Positions 26,534-37,939 of a stretch of DNA of 45,523 nucleotides are shown here, piece after piece. How positions within the stretch are numbered: position 1 is the stretch's first letter; every line of letters begins with the position of its first letter. The translations under genes and the position numbers were made by a program. Origin of the DNA: Candidatus Nanopelagicales bacterium (lineage in GTDB: Bacteria; Actinomycetota; Actinomycetes; S36-B12; UBA5976); assembly GCA_038124905.1 (NCBI GenBank), contig JAYPCW010000002.1:1-45523 (forward strand). The letters are read 5' to 3'. The notes under the pieces were generated by a model. It made no database searches. It worked only from the letters and a program-made list of their open reading frames with translations, and was not told the origin of the DNA.

Positions 26534-27751
26534 ATGATTAATTGGCCGGTCGGTTTAATTTATCGAGGTGATTGGTTTTCAGGCCTAAATCTTAAAGAGA
26601 TTGAGGTTTTTGACAGTCAAACGCAGTCAATAGAAAGCATAGAACTAGATCAAAATCCGATACCAATTTACGTATGTGGTTTGACTCCCTATGATTCCGC
26701 ACATCTAGGTCACGCCTTTACCTATTCAATATTTGATGTGTTAGTTCGTTTCTTGCGACAAGCAGGAAAGCAGGTAACATATGTGCAAAACATTACAGAT
26801 GTCGACGATCCGCTATTTGAACGTGCGCGGCGGGACAACCAAGAGTGGTCTGAAATTGCTAAAAATCAGATAGATAAATTCATAATCGATATGCAAAAAA
26901 TTGGCGTTAATCCGCCAGATGTATTTACACCGGTCAGCGAGCAGATGCCAACAATTCAAAAGGCAATAGCAAAATTAGAAACCAACGGTGACATTTATCA
27001 ATTGAATGATTCCTGGTATTACCGAGTGCAATCATCTGAGCATTCGTTAACAACTGATTATCAGCAAGAGGAGCTTATTACTGTATTTGCACAAAGAGGT
27101 GGGGATCCTGAGCGAATAGGAAAACTTAACCCACTTGACCCGGTTGTTTGGAAGCCTTCTTTACCTGGAGAACCCAACTGGAATTCACCTTTGGGCCTTG
27201 GTCGCCCTGGGTGGCATATCGAGTGCGTTGCAATTATTGAAAAATTTTTAGACCTGCCACTGTTCATTCAAGGCGGAGGTAAAGATTTGATATTCCCTCA
27301 CCACACAATGTGTGCGTGGCAAACTAAATCTTTAACTAACAAAAACTTAGCTAGAAGTTACTTACATGCTGGTTTAGTTTCCTATCAAGGTGAAAAGATG
27401 AGTAAATCTCTAGGGAACTTGGTATTCATTTCTGAATTATTAAATAAAGGTTTTTCTAATGGTGCAATTCGCACACAGCTTTTATCGGTTCCCTGGAATC
27501 AAGATTGGGAATGGTTTGAAGCGGATTTGGTCTCTACTCAAAAAAGGGTACAGCGATGGGGAAGATACCTAGCTAAAGTTCCAGCTGATAGTGAATTTAT
27601 TACGTCTGCCTATGAGAGTCTTAAAAATAATTTATCGATAGAACCAATTTTTCAGAGCTTGGACGAGTTAGAATCAAAGACCAATGATTCAGTTGAATTT
27701 CAAGATAGTGTTCAAGCCTTTGTTTCCGATGTATTGGGCTTAAATCTATGA
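26534..27751 (+). CDS. mshC: L-cysteine:1D-myo-inositol 2-amino-2-deoxy-alpha-D-glucopyranoside ligase (mycothiol ligase)
   Basis: 405 aa class I aaRS catalytic core (HLGHAFTY, GWHIEC, KMSKSLGN) without a CysRS anticodon-binding domain. Sits beside the DUF3090/SCO1664 cassette and uppP, as in M. tuberculosis Rv2130c-Rv2136c. Confidence 0.85.
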   Translation: MINWPVGLIYRGDWFSGLNLKEIEVFDSQTQSIESIELDQNPIPIYVCGLTPYDSAHLGHAFTYSIFDVLVRFLRQAGKQVTYVQNITDVDDPLFERARRDNQEWSEIAKNQIDKFIIDMQKIGVNPPDVFTPVSEQMPTIQKAIAKLETNGDIYQLNDSWYYRVQSSEHSLTTDYQQEELITVFAQRGGDPERIGKLNPLDPVVWKPSLPGEPNWNSPLGLGRPGWHIECVAIIEKFLDLPLFIQGGGKDLIFPHHTMCAWQTKSLTNKNLARSYLHAGLVSYQGEKMSKSLGNLVFISELLNKGFSNGAIRTQLLSVPWNQDWEWFEADLVSTQKRVQRWGRYLAKVPADSEFITSAYESLKNNLSIEPIFQSLDELESKTNDSVEFQDSVQAFVSDVLGLNL

Positions 27752-29262
27752 CACTAAATTCAAAAGTAGAGGATTTCATTCAAAATTTGCCTACTAATTA
27801 TCTAAGTGAAAATCTAACGAATTCTCAAGGGCGAGTGTCAGAGCTTACGCTGTCGGCTTGCGGAATCCGAATCGATTTTTCTAAGCAATTATGGGATTTT
27901 GAGATTGTAAACCTACTAATTAATGAACTTAACGCTCAGGGAGAGTTAGATCAAAAAATAAAGGCGATGACTGCTGGCGAGAAGATTAATCGGTCAGAGA
28001 ATCGAGCAGTAAAACACCACTTACTTAGAGCTAACTTTGGTGATTTCCCAGATCCCGATGAAAAGCTGGTTATCGAAGAGCGTGAGAGATTTTTAGAATT
28101 TGCCCAAGAGGTATTTAATGATCCTAAAATCAAATACCTAGTCAATATAGGAATAGGTGGATCAGATCTTGGACCGCGCTTGATCCATCGGGCCTTATCT
28201 GGGGCAAAGAAAAAAACCTTTTTCGTGGCAAACCTTGATCCGCGGGAACTTGATGAGGTTTTAGCACAAATCAACTTAAAAGAAACTATGTTTGTAATGG
28301 TTAGTAAAACCTTCACGACCCTTGAAAGCATCCATAATGCCCAGCGAGCAAAAGACGCCTTCTTAAGTGAATTATCAATGGATGATTTCGAAAAGAACTT
28401 TGTTGCTATCACCACGAATCAGACTGCTGCAAGTGAATTCGGAATTAAAAAAGATAGAATTTTTGAATTTTGGGAATGGATAGGTGGGCGGTATTCGCTA
28501 GCTAGCGCTGTAGGAATTTCTATTGCCATGAATTTTGGTAGAGATGTTTTTAGTCAAATGCTGCAGGGAATGAGAGATTTTGATCAGCATTTTCATAAAA
28601 CGCCGTTAAAAAGTAATCTAGCATTTTGGCATGCACTTAGCTGGTACTACAACCAAAATTACTTAAAATGCAAAAACATTGCAGTGATTGGTTACGCCTC
28701 GGCGCTGAAATACTTTGCCACCTATCTTCAACAACTAGTGATGGAGAGTAATGGAAAATCTGTGAGCGTTGATGGCAAAGTTTTGCCGCAAGCTGCCTGC
28801 CCGGTGGTTTTTGGGGAAGTGGGCACTAATTCTCAGCACTCGTTTTTCCAGATGATTCATCAGGGCAAAGATCTGATTCCCGTAGATTTTATTGTGGTAA
28901 AGCCAAATCCGATTTCAAAAGAAGAAATCCAACTAGCCGCCAACGCTTTGGCCCAATCAGCCGTGCTTGCCATGGGGAGCGATGAGAGTGAGTCACTTAA
29001 GGTAGAGAAGAAAATGCCGGGCAATCGCCCCAGCAATTTAATTATCGTTGATTCTTTAGATGCCTACTCTCTAGGAGCGTTGATATCACTCTATGAAGCA
29101 AGCACAATCATCCAAGGGTTTATTTACAATATTAATTCTTTTGATCAATGGGGAGTGCAGCTCGGTAAAAAGGTAGCCGCAAGTTTAGTTACCAGCTTTG
29201 AATCTGATGGAAAAACCAGTTTAGACAACTCAACTAAAGCCGCCATCGATTACTTAAACTAG
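27748..29262 (+). CDS. pgi: glucose-6-phosphate isomerase
   Basis: 504 aa. GIGGSDLGP, VSKTFTT.E, GGRYS, ESNGK and QHSFFQ.IHQG motifs. ATGA overlap with mshC. Confidence 0.9.
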   Translation: MTLNSKVEDFIQNLPTNYLSENLTNSQGRVSELTLSACGIRIDFSKQLWDFEIVNLLINELNAQGELDQKIKAMTAGEKINRSENRAVKHHLLRANFGDFPDPDEKLVIEERERFLEFAQEVFNDPKIKYLVNIGIGGSDLGPRLIHRALSGAKKKTFFVANLDPRELDEVLAQINLKETMFVMVSKTFTTLESIHNAQRAKDAFLSELSMDDFEKNFVAITTNQTAASEFGIKKDRIFEFWEWIGGRYSLASAVGISIAMNFGRDVFSQMLQGMRDFDQHFHKTPLKSNLAFWHALSWYYNQNYLKCKNIAVIGYASALKYFATYLQQLVMESNGKSVSVDGKVLPQAACPVVFGEVGTNSQHSFFQMIHQGKDLIPVDFIVVKPNPISKEEIQLAANALAQSAVLAMGSDESESLKVEKKMPGNRPSNLIIVDSLDAYSLGALISLYEASTIIQGFIYNINSFDQWGVQLGKKVAASLVTSFESDGKTSLDNSTKAAIDYLN

Positions 29263-30101
29263 TCGCCACCGCGACGCTTTAAATATCTTTCAAATTCCCG
29301 GGCGATAGCTTCTCCGCTCGCCTCTGGAAGGTCCGTCGCATCCACATTTTCTTCAAGGCGTGTTATATATTCTGCAATCTCATCATCTTCTTGCGCCATT
29401 TCATCAACACCTACTTGCCAGGCGCGAGCTTCTTCAGGTAAGTCACCTCTTGGCAGATCGATATTTGTGAGATCTTCAATTCGAGTAATTAATGCTAGAG
29501 AACCTTTTGGGCTTGGGGGTGATGAAACATAATGAGGGAGGGCCGCCCAAAGTGAGATCGTAGGGATGCTTGATAATCCTAAATAGTTATGCAGCACTCC
29601 GATAATTCCGGTTGGCCCTTCATAAGTCGACTTTTCTAAACCAAGTGTTTGGGCTAAATCTTTGTCGTTTGACACGGCAGTAACTGCAATTGGTCGAGTA
29701 TGTGGAGCATCTGCAAGTAAGGCGCCGAGTGAAATAACACTGGTTATATTAAGCGCGTGTAGTTTTTCCATCACTTCTAAGCAAAAACTTTGCCACTTCA
29801 AGTTAGGTTCGATACCTTGAACGAAGACAAAAGTTGGCCGATCGTTTGTTGCCGGAGCAAGAAAAAATTTTGTAGTGGACCAATCAATTACTCTGTCTTC
29901 GCCTTCCAGGCGGATTCTTGGGCGCGCTATTTGATAATCGTAATAATCATCTGGATTAATAGTGTCGACTAATTGTGCGTTGAAAGATTCAATTAAATGA
30001 TTTATAACCCCGGTTGCTGCTTCACCGGCGTCATTCCAACCCGCAAAAGCCATCACTGCAATCGCTCCAGAAGGAGGAAATTGCTTGATGTCTTCGCTCA
30101 C
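29259..30101 (-). CDS. PAC2 (proteasome assembly chaperone 2-like) family protein
   Basis: 280 aa. AVMAFAGWNDAGEAATGVINHL N-terminus typical of actinobacterial PAC2 proteins. Acidic C-terminal tail. Confidence 0.75.
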   Translation of the reverse strand: MSEDIKQFPPSGAIAVMAFAGWNDAGEAATGVINHLIESFNAQLVDTINPDDYYDYQIARPRIRLEGEDRVIDWSTTKFFLAPATNDRPTFVFVQGIEPNLKWQSFCLEVMEKLHALNITSVISLGALLADAPHTRPIAVTAVSNDKDLAQTLGLEKSTYEGPTGIIGVLHNYLGLSSIPTISLWAALPHYVSSPPSPKGSLALITRIEDLTNIDLPRGDLPEEARAWQVGVDEMAQEDDEIAEYITRLEENVDATDLPEASGEAIAREFERYLKRRGGD

Positions 30102-30168
30102 TTAGGTCTACCTCAGGCTAGTATTTCTTACAGACTTAACCTTATTAGAAATTCCATGAAGAGGTCTC

Positions 30169-30852
30169 TTGACTCCTGAAAAAAGCCTGCAAGCTGTTCT
30201 TATTGATATGGATGGGACTTTAGTAGAGACAGAAAGCGCTTGGTGGCAGACCGAAATAGAGCTTATGAAGACTTACGGTTATGAGTGGACCCAAGAGGAT
30301 CAAGAATTGGCTTTGGGTGGGCCCATGCATAGAGTCATTGATTACATGAGCGAGAAAACGGGTATTTCTGGTCTCGAAATCGATCAACGTTTAATTTCTA
30401 TGATGCAACAGCGATTAACAAGTCAACCGCCACCACTTCAACCTGGTTGGTCAACTTTGATTCCAGAATTAATCGACGCCGGCATCAAATTGGCATTGGT
30501 GAGTGCCTCACCAAGAATTTTAATTGATGCAGTTATCGCGGGTGCCGGACTTGATTTTTTTGATTTGACGATTGCCGCCGAAGATCCACCACAGACCAAA
30601 CCATATCCTGATCCCTTTTGGATGGCCGCGGATTTATTAAAAATTCCACGAAGTAACTGTTTAGTAGTTGAGGATTCAAATACCGGAGTGACGAGTGCTA
30701 TCAGAGCAAAGATGCCGACGATTGCTGTGCCTGCAGGAATACCCATAGTCACCGACGAAAAAGTGGTAGTGGTTAATTCGATGAGCGAAGTAAGTGTAGA
30801 AAAAATGCGAAAAATTTTTGATGATTACTACCGGGTAGAAATCGATGTCTAA
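30169..30852 (+). CDS. HAD-IA family hydrolase (beta-phosphoglucomutase/phosphatase-like)
   Basis: Motif I LIDMDGTLVETE, motif II VSASP, K-P, motif IV VEDSNTG. Confidence 0.75.
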   Translation: MTPEKSLQAVLIDMDGTLVETESAWWQTEIELMKTYGYEWTQEDQELALGGPMHRVIDYMSEKTGISGLEIDQRLISMMQQRLTSQPPPLQPGWSTLIPELIDAGIKLALVSASPRILIDAVIAGAGLDFFDLTIAAEDPPQTKPYPDPFWMAADLLKIPRSNCLVVEDSNTGVTSAIRAKMPTIAVPAGIPIVTDEKVVVVNSMSEVSVEKMRKIFDDYYRVEIDV

Positions 30853-31705
30853 TAGTATTTTTTCAGATGGTGATTTAGTAAGACTGATAGACCAAAAAGG
30901 AAAAATTCATCAAATTACTTTGCTAGTAGGCCAAAAATTTTTCACTAACCATGGCTCAATCGAGCACAATGAGATTATTGGCGAATCGGTTGGTTCTGTT
31001 TTTGAAAGCTCTAATGGCATGAAGTACGCAGCCTTTCATCCTTCTCTAGAAGAGTATGTAATGAAAATGCCAAGAGGTGCCGCGGTCATATACCCGCAAG
31101 ATGCTAGAGCGATGATCGAACTTGCTGATATCTCTGCAGGCAATCGAGTATTAGAGGCGGGTGCCGGTAGCGGATCTTTGACCTTGCACATCTTAAGAGC
31201 CTTAGCTGGATCTGGTGAATTGGTTAGCGTTGAAATTAGAGAAGAGTTTTCTCAGATAGCTCGTAAAAATGTAGAAAAATTTACTGCAACAAAAAATTGG
31301 GAACTAATTAATGCTGATTTAGCAGAATTTAAAAGTGACGATAAATTTGATGCAGTACTTCTTGACTTACTTAATCCTTGGGATTATCTATCAAAAGTTG
31401 AAGAAGTATTAGCTCCTGGGCGTTTTTTAGTTTGTTATGTAGCCACAACAACCCAGATGTCAAGAGTTGTTGAAACCATGAAAGCTCGCGAGTGCTGGTT
31501 TAATCCAATAGCAAGTGAAGATCTTCATCGTGAGTGGCATTTGCAAGGTTTAGCGGTGCGACCAAATCACAAAATGATTGGACACACTGGTTTTTTGATT
31601 CAAGCCAGATTAATGGCTCCAGGTGTAAAGGCACCAGTCAAGAAGATGAAGCCGGCAAAAGGTGCATATGGGCCTGATTGGCAAGCAGTTGGAGAAAACC
31701 CATAA
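30845..31705 (+). CDS. trmI: tRNA (adenine58-N1)-methyltransferase
   Basis: 286 aa. N-terminal beta-domain (GDLVRLIDQKGKIHQITL), SAM motif EAGAGSGSLT. Position just upstream of arc/mpa, as for Rv2118c. Confidence 0.8.
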   Translation: MSNSIFSDGDLVRLIDQKGKIHQITLLVGQKFFTNHGSIEHNEIIGESVGSVFESSNGMKYAAFHPSLEEYVMKMPRGAAVIYPQDARAMIELADISAGNRVLEAGAGSGSLTLHILRALAGSGELVSVEIREEFSQIARKNVEKFTATKNWELINADLAEFKSDDKFDAVLLDLLNPWDYLSKVEEVLAPGRFLVCYVATTTQMSRVVETMKARECWFNPIASEDLHREWHLQGLAVRPNHKMIGHTGFLIQARLMAPGVKAPVKKMKPAKGAYGPDWQAVGENP

Positions 31706-31737
31706 GCCGGTAGCATTGCCCCAGGGGGTGCGAAGCG

Positions 31738-33366
31738 ATGTCTGAAAATGAACAACTCAACAAGTTAGAGAATGAGATTAAGTCACTTCGTTCCCATAAC
31801 GAAAATCTGGCGCACACACTGCGAGAGGCAAAAGAACAACTAATAGCACTAAAAGCAGAAGTTGAAAACCTTTCAAAGCCGCCAAGCAGTTTTGCCATAA
31901 TCGTTTCAAACAACAAAGACGGCTCGGTAGATATTTTAAATGCCGGTCGAAAGTTACGAGTTACCGTTTCCCCAGAAGTTAAAAGACAGGATTTACTCGT
32001 CGGCCGCGAAGTAATTCTTAATGATGCCCTAAACGTCGTTGATGTTTTAAGCTATGAATCGGTCGGTGAGGTAGTAACACTTAAAGAAGTTTTAGCAGAT
32101 CAGGCTCGTGCCGTAGTAATTGGCCGAACCGACGAAGAAAAAATAGCACGCCTGGCTCAGCCACTAATCGATGAAAATTTACGATCCGGTGACTCATTAA
32201 TGCTGGATCCTAAAAATAATGTTCTCTACGAGAAGATACCTAAAAGTGATATCGAAGAATTAGTTTTGGAAGAAGTCCCGGATGTTGATTACAACGATAT
32301 CGGGGGGCTGGGTCAACAAATTGAACAAATTAGAGATGCAGTTGAAATGCCTTATTTACATAAGGACCTTTATGCAGAACACCAATTAAAGGCACCCAAA
32401 GGCATTTTGCTTTATGGTCCACCTGGCTGTGGCAAAACTTTAATCGCTAAAGCGGTGGCGAATTCTTTAGCTAAAAAAGTATCGGAAAAAACTGGTCAGG
32501 CTGACACCAAATCTTTCTTTCTAAACATCAAAGGACCTGAACTATTAAATAAATATGTAGGTGAAACAGAAAGACATATCAGACAGATATTTCAGAGGGC
32601 CCGCGAAAAGGCAAATAGCGGAACTCCAGTAATCGTTTTCTTTGATGAGATGGATTCCCTATTCAGAACACGGGGGAGCGGGGTATCAAGCGATGTTGAA
32701 AACACTATTGTCCCCCAATTACTAAGTGAAATTGACGGAGTAGAGACACTAGAGAATGTGATCGTTATTGGCGCTTCTAATAGAGAAGACATGATTGATC
32801 CGGCAATTTTGAGACCTGGTCGACTCGATGTAAAAATAAAAATCGAAAGACCTGATATTCAAGCGGCTCGAGAAATTCTTGCCAAGTACTTAACTACTGC
32901 TTTGCCAATACATCCTGAAGATCTTAAAGAACACGGGCAAGATTCTGATACAGCAATAAATCAAATGATAGATACCGCAGTTAATAAAATGTACGCCCAG
33001 AGTGACGAAAATAGATTCATTGAGGTCACATATGCTAATGGTGATAGAGAAGTACTTTATTTTAAAGATTTTAATAGTGGGGCGATGCTTGAAAATATTG
33101 TCTCTCGCGCAAAAAAGGAAGCAATAAAAGATTTTTTAGCTAGCGGTGTCAAAGGAATATCAGTTTCACATTTAGTTAATGCCTGTTATGAGGAATTTCG
33201 AGCTAATGAAGACTTACCAAATAGCACTAATCCCGATGACTGGGCAAGAATTTCTGGCAAAAAGGGCGAGAGAATTGTCTTTCTAAGAACCTTGATTCAA
33301 AGCAAGCAGGGTGAGGAGCCGGGCAGATCGATTGAAACCGTATCCCACACCGGCCAATATCTCTAA
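31738..33366 (+). CDS. arc: proteasome-associated AAA ATPase (ARC/Mpa)
   Basis: N-terminal coiled coil, OB domains, Walker A GPPGCGKT, Walker [11 protein letters not shown]-terminal GQYL proteasome-docking motif. Confidence 0.95.
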   Translation: MSENEQLNKLENEIKSLRSHNENLAHTLREAKEQLIALKAEVENLSKPPSSFAIIVSNNKDGSVDILNAGRKLRVTVSPEVKRQDLLVGREVILNDALNVVDVLSYESVGEVVTLKEVLADQARAVVIGRTDEEKIARLAQPLIDENLRSGDSLMLDPKNNVLYEKIPKSDIEELVLEEVPDVDYNDIGGLGQQIEQIRDAVEMPYLHKDLYAEHQLKAPKGILLYGPPGCGKTLIAKAVANSLAKKVSEKTGQADTKSFFLNIKGPELLNKYVGETERHIRQIFQRAREKANSGTPVIVFFDEMDSLFRTRGSGVSSDVENTIVPQLLSEIDGVETLENVIVIGASNREDMIDPAILRPGRLDVKIKIERPDIQAAREILAKYLTTALPIHPEDLKEHGQDSDTAINQMIDTAVNKMYAQSDENRFIEVTYANGDREVLYFKDFNSGAMLENIVSRAKKEAIKDFLASGVKGISVSHLVNACYEEFRANEDLPNSTNPDDWARISGKKGERIVFLRTLIQSKQGEEPGRSIETVSHTGQYL

Positions 33367-33381
33367 GCTCAGTTTTCTAAA

Positions 33382-34881
33382 ATGAGCGTAAAACGAGTAA
33401 TCGGAATTGAAAACGAGTACGGAATCAGCCAACCTGCTAATCCAACGGCTAATCCCATGGCCTTGTCTACGCTCGTGGTTGATTCATATGCAAATTATGT
33501 TTATCCACATAAAAAAATTCGCTGGGATTATGACTTAGAAGATCCATTGAGAGACGCCAGAGGTTTTGACTTAAGTCGACCAGAGGCAGACCCCTCCTTG
33601 TTAACAGATGAGATGACTGTGTCAAATGTAATTCTTACTAATGGTGCCAGGTTTTATGTTGATCATGCGCATCCTGAATATGCGACTCCAGAAGTTAATT
33701 CCCCGCGTGAGGCGTTAGTTTGGGATCGTGCCGGCGAATTAATCATCACAAAGGCTGCTGAACTAGCAAGTCAAAGTACACAAGAGATTTATATTCATAA
33801 AAACAATACAGACAACAAAGGCGTTTCATATGGTACTCATGAAAATTATTTAGTTTCTAGAGAAACTCCATTTAACAAAATAATAAGTGTCTTGACGACT
33901 TTTTTTGTGACACGTCAAATCTTTACTGGAGCAGGCCGCTTAGGTATCGGAGTTAATGAAATTGATTTTGAATACCAGATTTCTCAGCGAGCCGATTTTT
34001 TTGAAACATTGGTAGGCCTAGAAACCACTATGCGGAGACCCATAATTAACACTAGAGATGAGCCACACGCAGATCCAAATCTATATCGACGATTGCATGT
34101 AATTATCGGTGATGCCAATATGAGTGACGTCTCTAATTTACTAAAAATTGGAACTACTTCACTTGTTTTGAAACTACTAGAAGATTCTGACTTTGATGAT
34201 TTTGAGCTAGAGCTTGATGCCCCGCTTGAAGCACTCAAAATGGTCTCTCAAGATTTAGAACTGAAGAAAAAATTGAAATTAAAAAATGGAAAATACCTCA
34301 CTGCAATCGAAATTCAAGATATTTTTCTTGAAAAAGTGCAACATCATCTAGAAAAAATTGATGAAATTGATCCAGATACGCAGGAGACTTTGAATTGGTG
34401 GCAAAAAATACTCGATTTACTCAGGGAAGATATATTCTTGACTGTAAATTATTTAGATTGGGTAGCAAAGCTTAATTTAATTCAAAACTTGAAATTTCGA
34501 GATAATTTAAAGTGGTCTGATTCGGTTTTACAAATGCTAGATCTGCAATATGCAGATTTAAATCCCAATCGATCTCTCGCACGATTACTTGAACGAAAAG
34601 GAAGTCTTAAGCGATTAGTTGGTGAAGCTGAAATTACTGCGGCGGTTAAATTTCCACCTAATTCTACTCGTGCCTGGTTTCGTGGACAGTCGCTTTTGCG
34701 ATTTTCTAATCAAATTGCAGGTGCCAGTTGGGACAGTGTGATTTTCGATCTTTCGGCAGATCGCCCATTGATAAGAATTCCCACGCTAGATCCTTTGAAG
34801 GGAAATCAGGAGCAGTTGGGAGATATCTTTGAGTCAGTTAAATCGGCAGCGGATTTAGTTATGCGACTTAGCCACAGTTGA
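33382..34881 (+). CDS. dop: Pup deamidase/depupylase
   Basis: 499 aa. IGIENEYG start, [38 protein letters not shown]. PafA paralogue located between arc and pup. Confidence 0.9.
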   Translation: MSVKRVIGIENEYGISQPANPTANPMALSTLVVDSYANYVYPHKKIRWDYDLEDPLRDARGFDLSRPEADPSLLTDEMTVSNVILTNGARFYVDHAHPEYATPEVNSPREALVWDRAGELIITKAAELASQSTQEIYIHKNNTDNKGVSYGTHENYLVSRETPFNKIISVLTTFFVTRQIFTGAGRLGIGVNEIDFEYQISQRADFFETLVGLETTMRRPIINTRDEPHADPNLYRRLHVIIGDANMSDVSNLLKIGTTSLVLKLLEDSDFDDFELELDAPLEALKMVSQDLELKKKLKLKNGKYLTAIEIQDIFLEKVQHHLEKIDEIDPDTQETLNWWQKILDLLREDIFLTVNYLDWVAKLNLIQNLKFRDNLKWSDSVLQMLDLQYADLNPNRSLARLLERKGSLKRLVGEAEITAAVKFPPNSTRAWFRGQSLLRFSNQIAGASWDSVIFDLSADRPLIRIPTLDPLKGNQEQLGDIFESVKSAADLVMRLSHS

Positions 34882-34918
34882 CTTTTTCCGTTAAGATTTA
34901 AAAATAAGAAGGGAATTT

Positions 34919-35101
34919 ATGGCTGAACGAGAGCAAATCACCTCTACTGGGCAGAGTCACGACGAAGATTCCCATCTTGAAACGAATGTGACCCAGTCGG
35001 ACACTAATCGCGCTGATGAATTACTCGATGAAATTGATGCTGTTCTTGAAAAAAATGCTGCAGAGTTTGTAAAAGGTTTTGTTCAAAAGGGTGGCCAATG
35101 A
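34919..35101 (+). CDS. pup: prokaryotic ubiquitin-like protein Pup
   Basis: 60 aa, acidic and disordered-looking. C-terminal ...DELLDEIDAVLEKNAEFVKGFVQKGGQ-type helix ends in GGQ. GAAGGGA Shine-Dalgarno upstream. Confidence 0.95.
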   Translation: MAEREQITSTGQSHDEDSHLETNVTQSDTNRADELLDEIDAVLEKNAAEFVKGFVQKGGQ

Positions 35102-35886
35102 GTGACTTGAGTTATTCATCATCATTTTATGAATTTTTAAAATTGAATCAGGGCGGGCTTCCAATTAAAAATAACAAAATGGAGCAGATCGTTCACGGTA
35201 CAACCATTGTGGCAGTCGCTTTCGCTGGAGGAGTGGTTATGGCAGGGGACCGAAGAGCCACTATGGGTAACTATGTAGCGCAGAATGACATTGAGAAAGT
35301 GTTTCCTGCAGATGACTTTTCCGCTATAGGCATTGCAGGCAGTGCTGGAATTGCCATTGAATTAGTTAAGTTGTTTCAAGTTGAACTAGAGCATTATGAA
35401 AAAATCGAAGGCATGCCACTTTCTGTTGAAGGTAAAGCAAATCGTTTAAGTGTCTTACTTCGGGGAAATCTTGGTTTAGCATTAGAAGGTTTGGCGGCGC
35501 TTCCGCTTTATGCTGCTTATGATCCAAAGCGAGAATCCGGGCGGGTTTTTTCCTATGACATTACGGGAGGCCGTTACGAAGAACACGATTATTTTGCGGT
35601 CGGTTCAGGTTCTCTATTTGCTAGAGCTAGTTTAAAGAAGATGTTTGAACCAGATCAGGATAGTAATTTTGCTATCAAAATTGCTCTGGAATCAATTTAT
35701 GATGCAGCCGAAGAAGACTCTGCTACGGCAGGTCCAGATATGGCAAGAAACATTTATCCGGTAGTAGTTAAAGTTGATGAGAAAGGTTTTGAAAAAATAG
35801 AACAAAGCCAATTAACTGCAACATTAAATAAAATTCTGGCAGGTAGAAAGAATCGACCTGATGGACCGATTGCGAGACACTCATGA
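35098..35886 (+). CDS. prcB: 20S proteasome beta subunit
   Basis: Propeptide followed by HG|TTIVAV (catalytic Thr1). ATGA overlap with pup. Confidence 0.95.
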   Translation: MSDLSYSSSFYEFLKLNQGGLPIKNNKMEQIVHGTTIVAVAFAGGVVMAGDRRATMGNYVAQNDIEKVFPADDFSAIGIAGSAGIAIELVKLFQVELEHYEKIEGMPLSVEGKANRLSVLLRGNLGLALEGLAALPLYAAYDPKRESGRVFSYDITGGRYEEHDYFAVGSGSLFARASLKKMFEPDQDSNFAIKIALESIYDAAEEDSATAGPDMARNIYPVVVKVDEKGFEKIEQSQLTATLNKILAGRKNRPDGPIARHS

Positions 35887-36575
35887 GTGTGCCCTTTTAC
35901 GTTTCTCCTGAACAATTAACTAGAGACCGGGCAGACTTCGCTAGAAAAGGTATCTCACGCGGGAAAAGCGTAGTAGTGCTGCAAAGTAGCGAAGGCATAA
36001 TTTTAGTTGCAGATAATCCTTCTAAAGCATTACACAAGGTAAGTGAAATTTATGACCGGATCGCCTTCGCAGCTGTTGGTAAATACAATGAGTTTGAAAA
36101 TTTGCGAGTATCAGGAATTCGTTTTTCTGATATGAGAGGTTATTCTTATGACCGAAGTGATGTATCGGCGAGATCACTGGCAAATGCTTATGCTCAAACT
36201 ATGGGCGCAGCTTTTACGGATGCGCTAAAGCCTTTAGAAGTTGAAATTGTGGTCACTCAATTGGGTGAGAAAATCTCTGAAGATGAGATTTATCGCCTAA
36301 CTTTTGATGGTTCGTTAGCTGATGAACATGGCTTTGTTGCTATTGGAGGCCAAGCAGATGAGATAAATCAAATGCTCGGACAATCCTGGAAGTCTAGTTT
36401 GGATTTCTCGGGAGCTCTCAAAATTGCCGTTGAGGCGCTGACCAATCAGGCAAACGCAGATCAAGAATTCGATGCGCTCAATTTAGAAGTAGCAGTTTTA
36501 GATCGAAAGAAATCTGGAAGAACTTTTAGAAGATTGACTGTCGAGCAAACCGACAAATTAATCAAGAAAAGTTAA
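35883..36575 (+). CDS. prcA: 20S proteasome alpha subunit
   Basis: [33 protein letters not shown] is the typical actinobacterial PrcA N-terminus. ATGA overlap with prcB. Confidence 0.95.
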   Translation: MSVPFYVSPEQLTRDRADFARKGISRGKSVVVLQSSEGIILVADNPSKALHKVSEIYDRIAFAAVGKYNEFENLRVSGIRFSDMRGYSYDRSDVSARSLANAYAQTMGAAFTDALKPLEVEIVVTQLGEKISEDEIYRLTFDGSLADEHGFVAIGGQADEINQMLGQSWKSSLDFSGALKIAVEALTNQANADQEFDALNLEVAVLDRKKSGRTFRRLTVEQTDKLIKKS

Positions 36576-37939
36576 TGCAAAAAAGGATTTTTGGGCTCGA
36601 AACAGAATATGGAATAACTTGCGTCTCAGATGGGATTCGTCGATTATCACCAGATGAAGTGGCGCGGTATTTATTTAGGCGAGTGGTGGCTTGGGGTCGC
36701 TCTAGCAATATTTTTCTAACTAACGGTGCGCGACTTTACTTAGATGTTGGGTCACACCCTGAATACGCAACAGCTGAGTGCGATGACTTGCATACTTTGG
36801 TTGTTCAGGATCGTGCCGGAGAGAGAATTTTAGAGAGCCTTGTATTTGATGCTCAAAAGCGAATGCAGGACGAGGGAATAGTCGGGAAAATTCATCTTTT
36901 TAAAAATAATACCGATTCAGCCGGAAACAGTTACGGCTGTCATGAAAATTATCTAGTTGAACGCAAAAGAGATTTTAATTTACTACTAGAGAGTTTGGTG
37001 CCATTTTTAATTACTCGACAGGTAATAACTGGTGCAGGAAGAATCGTCCACTCACCCCGAGGTTCTTTTTATAGCTTAAGTCAGCGAGCAGACCATATTT
37101 GGGAAGGAGTATCTAGTGCTACAACTAGATCTCGTCCAATAATAAATACCCGCGATGAGCCTCATGCCGACGCAGAGAAGTACCGTAGGTTGCATGTGAT
37201 TGTTGGCGATTCCAATATGTCAGAAGTTACTACACAACTTAAAGTAACGATTACCGATTTGATGTTGAAAATGTTAGAAGATGGCATAGTTTTTCGCGAT
37301 TTTACTATTGAAAATCCAATTAGAGCGATTAGAGATATTTCTAATGATATTGAAATGAAAAAAACAATTAAGTTAGCTAACGGAAAAGACATAACTGCTT
37401 TAGCTATGCAAAGAGAATATTTTGAAAAAACTCAAGATTATGCAAATAGCCTTGAATTAACCCGCGACCCGATAATTTATGGCGCATTAGATCTTTGGCA
37501 GAGAGCCATAAAAGCAGGCGAAAGTCAAGACTGGAGCTTGATAGACAAAGAGATTGATTTCGCAATTAAATATAAATTGCTGCAACGCTATAAAAGTCGA
37601 GGTAATCTCTCTTTCGCAGATCCAAAAATGGCCATGATTGACCTCTCGTACCACGACATAAATCGTGATATTGGAATCTTCTATTTACTAGAAAAGCGGG
37701 GGCAGGCCTTGCGAATTACAAATGATGAAGAAGTAACTCAGGCTAAAACCACACCTCCGCAGACCACGAGGGCGAAATTGCGTGGCGACTTTATTGCTAG
37801 GGCTCAAGAAAAAAGACGTGATTTTACTGTAGATTGGGTTCATCTAAAGTTAAATGATCAGACTCAAAGGACCGTTCTTTGCAAAGACCCTTTTAAGAAT
37901 GTAGATGAGAGAGTTGAAAGACTATTGGAGACCATGTGA
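36575..37939 (+). CDS. pafA: Pup--protein ligase
   Basis: 454 aa. [52 protein letters not shown] overlap with prcA. Confidence 0.95.
   Translation: MQKRIFGLETEYGITCVSDGIRRLSPDEVARYLFRRVVAWGRSSNIFLTNGARLYLDVGSHPEYATAECDDLHTLVVQDRAGERILESLVFDAQKRMQDEGIVGKIHLFKNNTDSAGNSYGCHENYLVERKRDFNLLLESLVPFLITRQVITGAGRIVHSPRGSFYSLSQRADHIWEGVSSATTRSRPIINTRDEPHADAEKYRRLHVIVGDSNMSEVTTQLKVTITDLMLKMLEDGIVFRDFTIENPIRAIRDISNDIEMKKTIKLANGKDITALAMQREYFEKTQDYANSLELTRDPIIYGALDLWQRAIKAGESQDWSLIDKEIDFAIKYKLLQRYKSRGNLSFADPKMAMIDLSYHDINRDIGIFYLLEKRGQALRITNDEEVTQAKTTPPQTTRAKLRGDFIARAQEKRRDFTVDWVHLKLNDQTQRTVLCKDPFKNVDERVERLLETM

Noticed and set aside
27951-28415. 154-aa ORF antisense to pgi, the longest unassigned ORF in the track.
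   Set aside because: It lies entirely within the well-supported pgi CDS. The translation is Ser/Lys/Phe-rich low complexity typical of the reverse frame of a real gene, with no motif and no room for its own signals.
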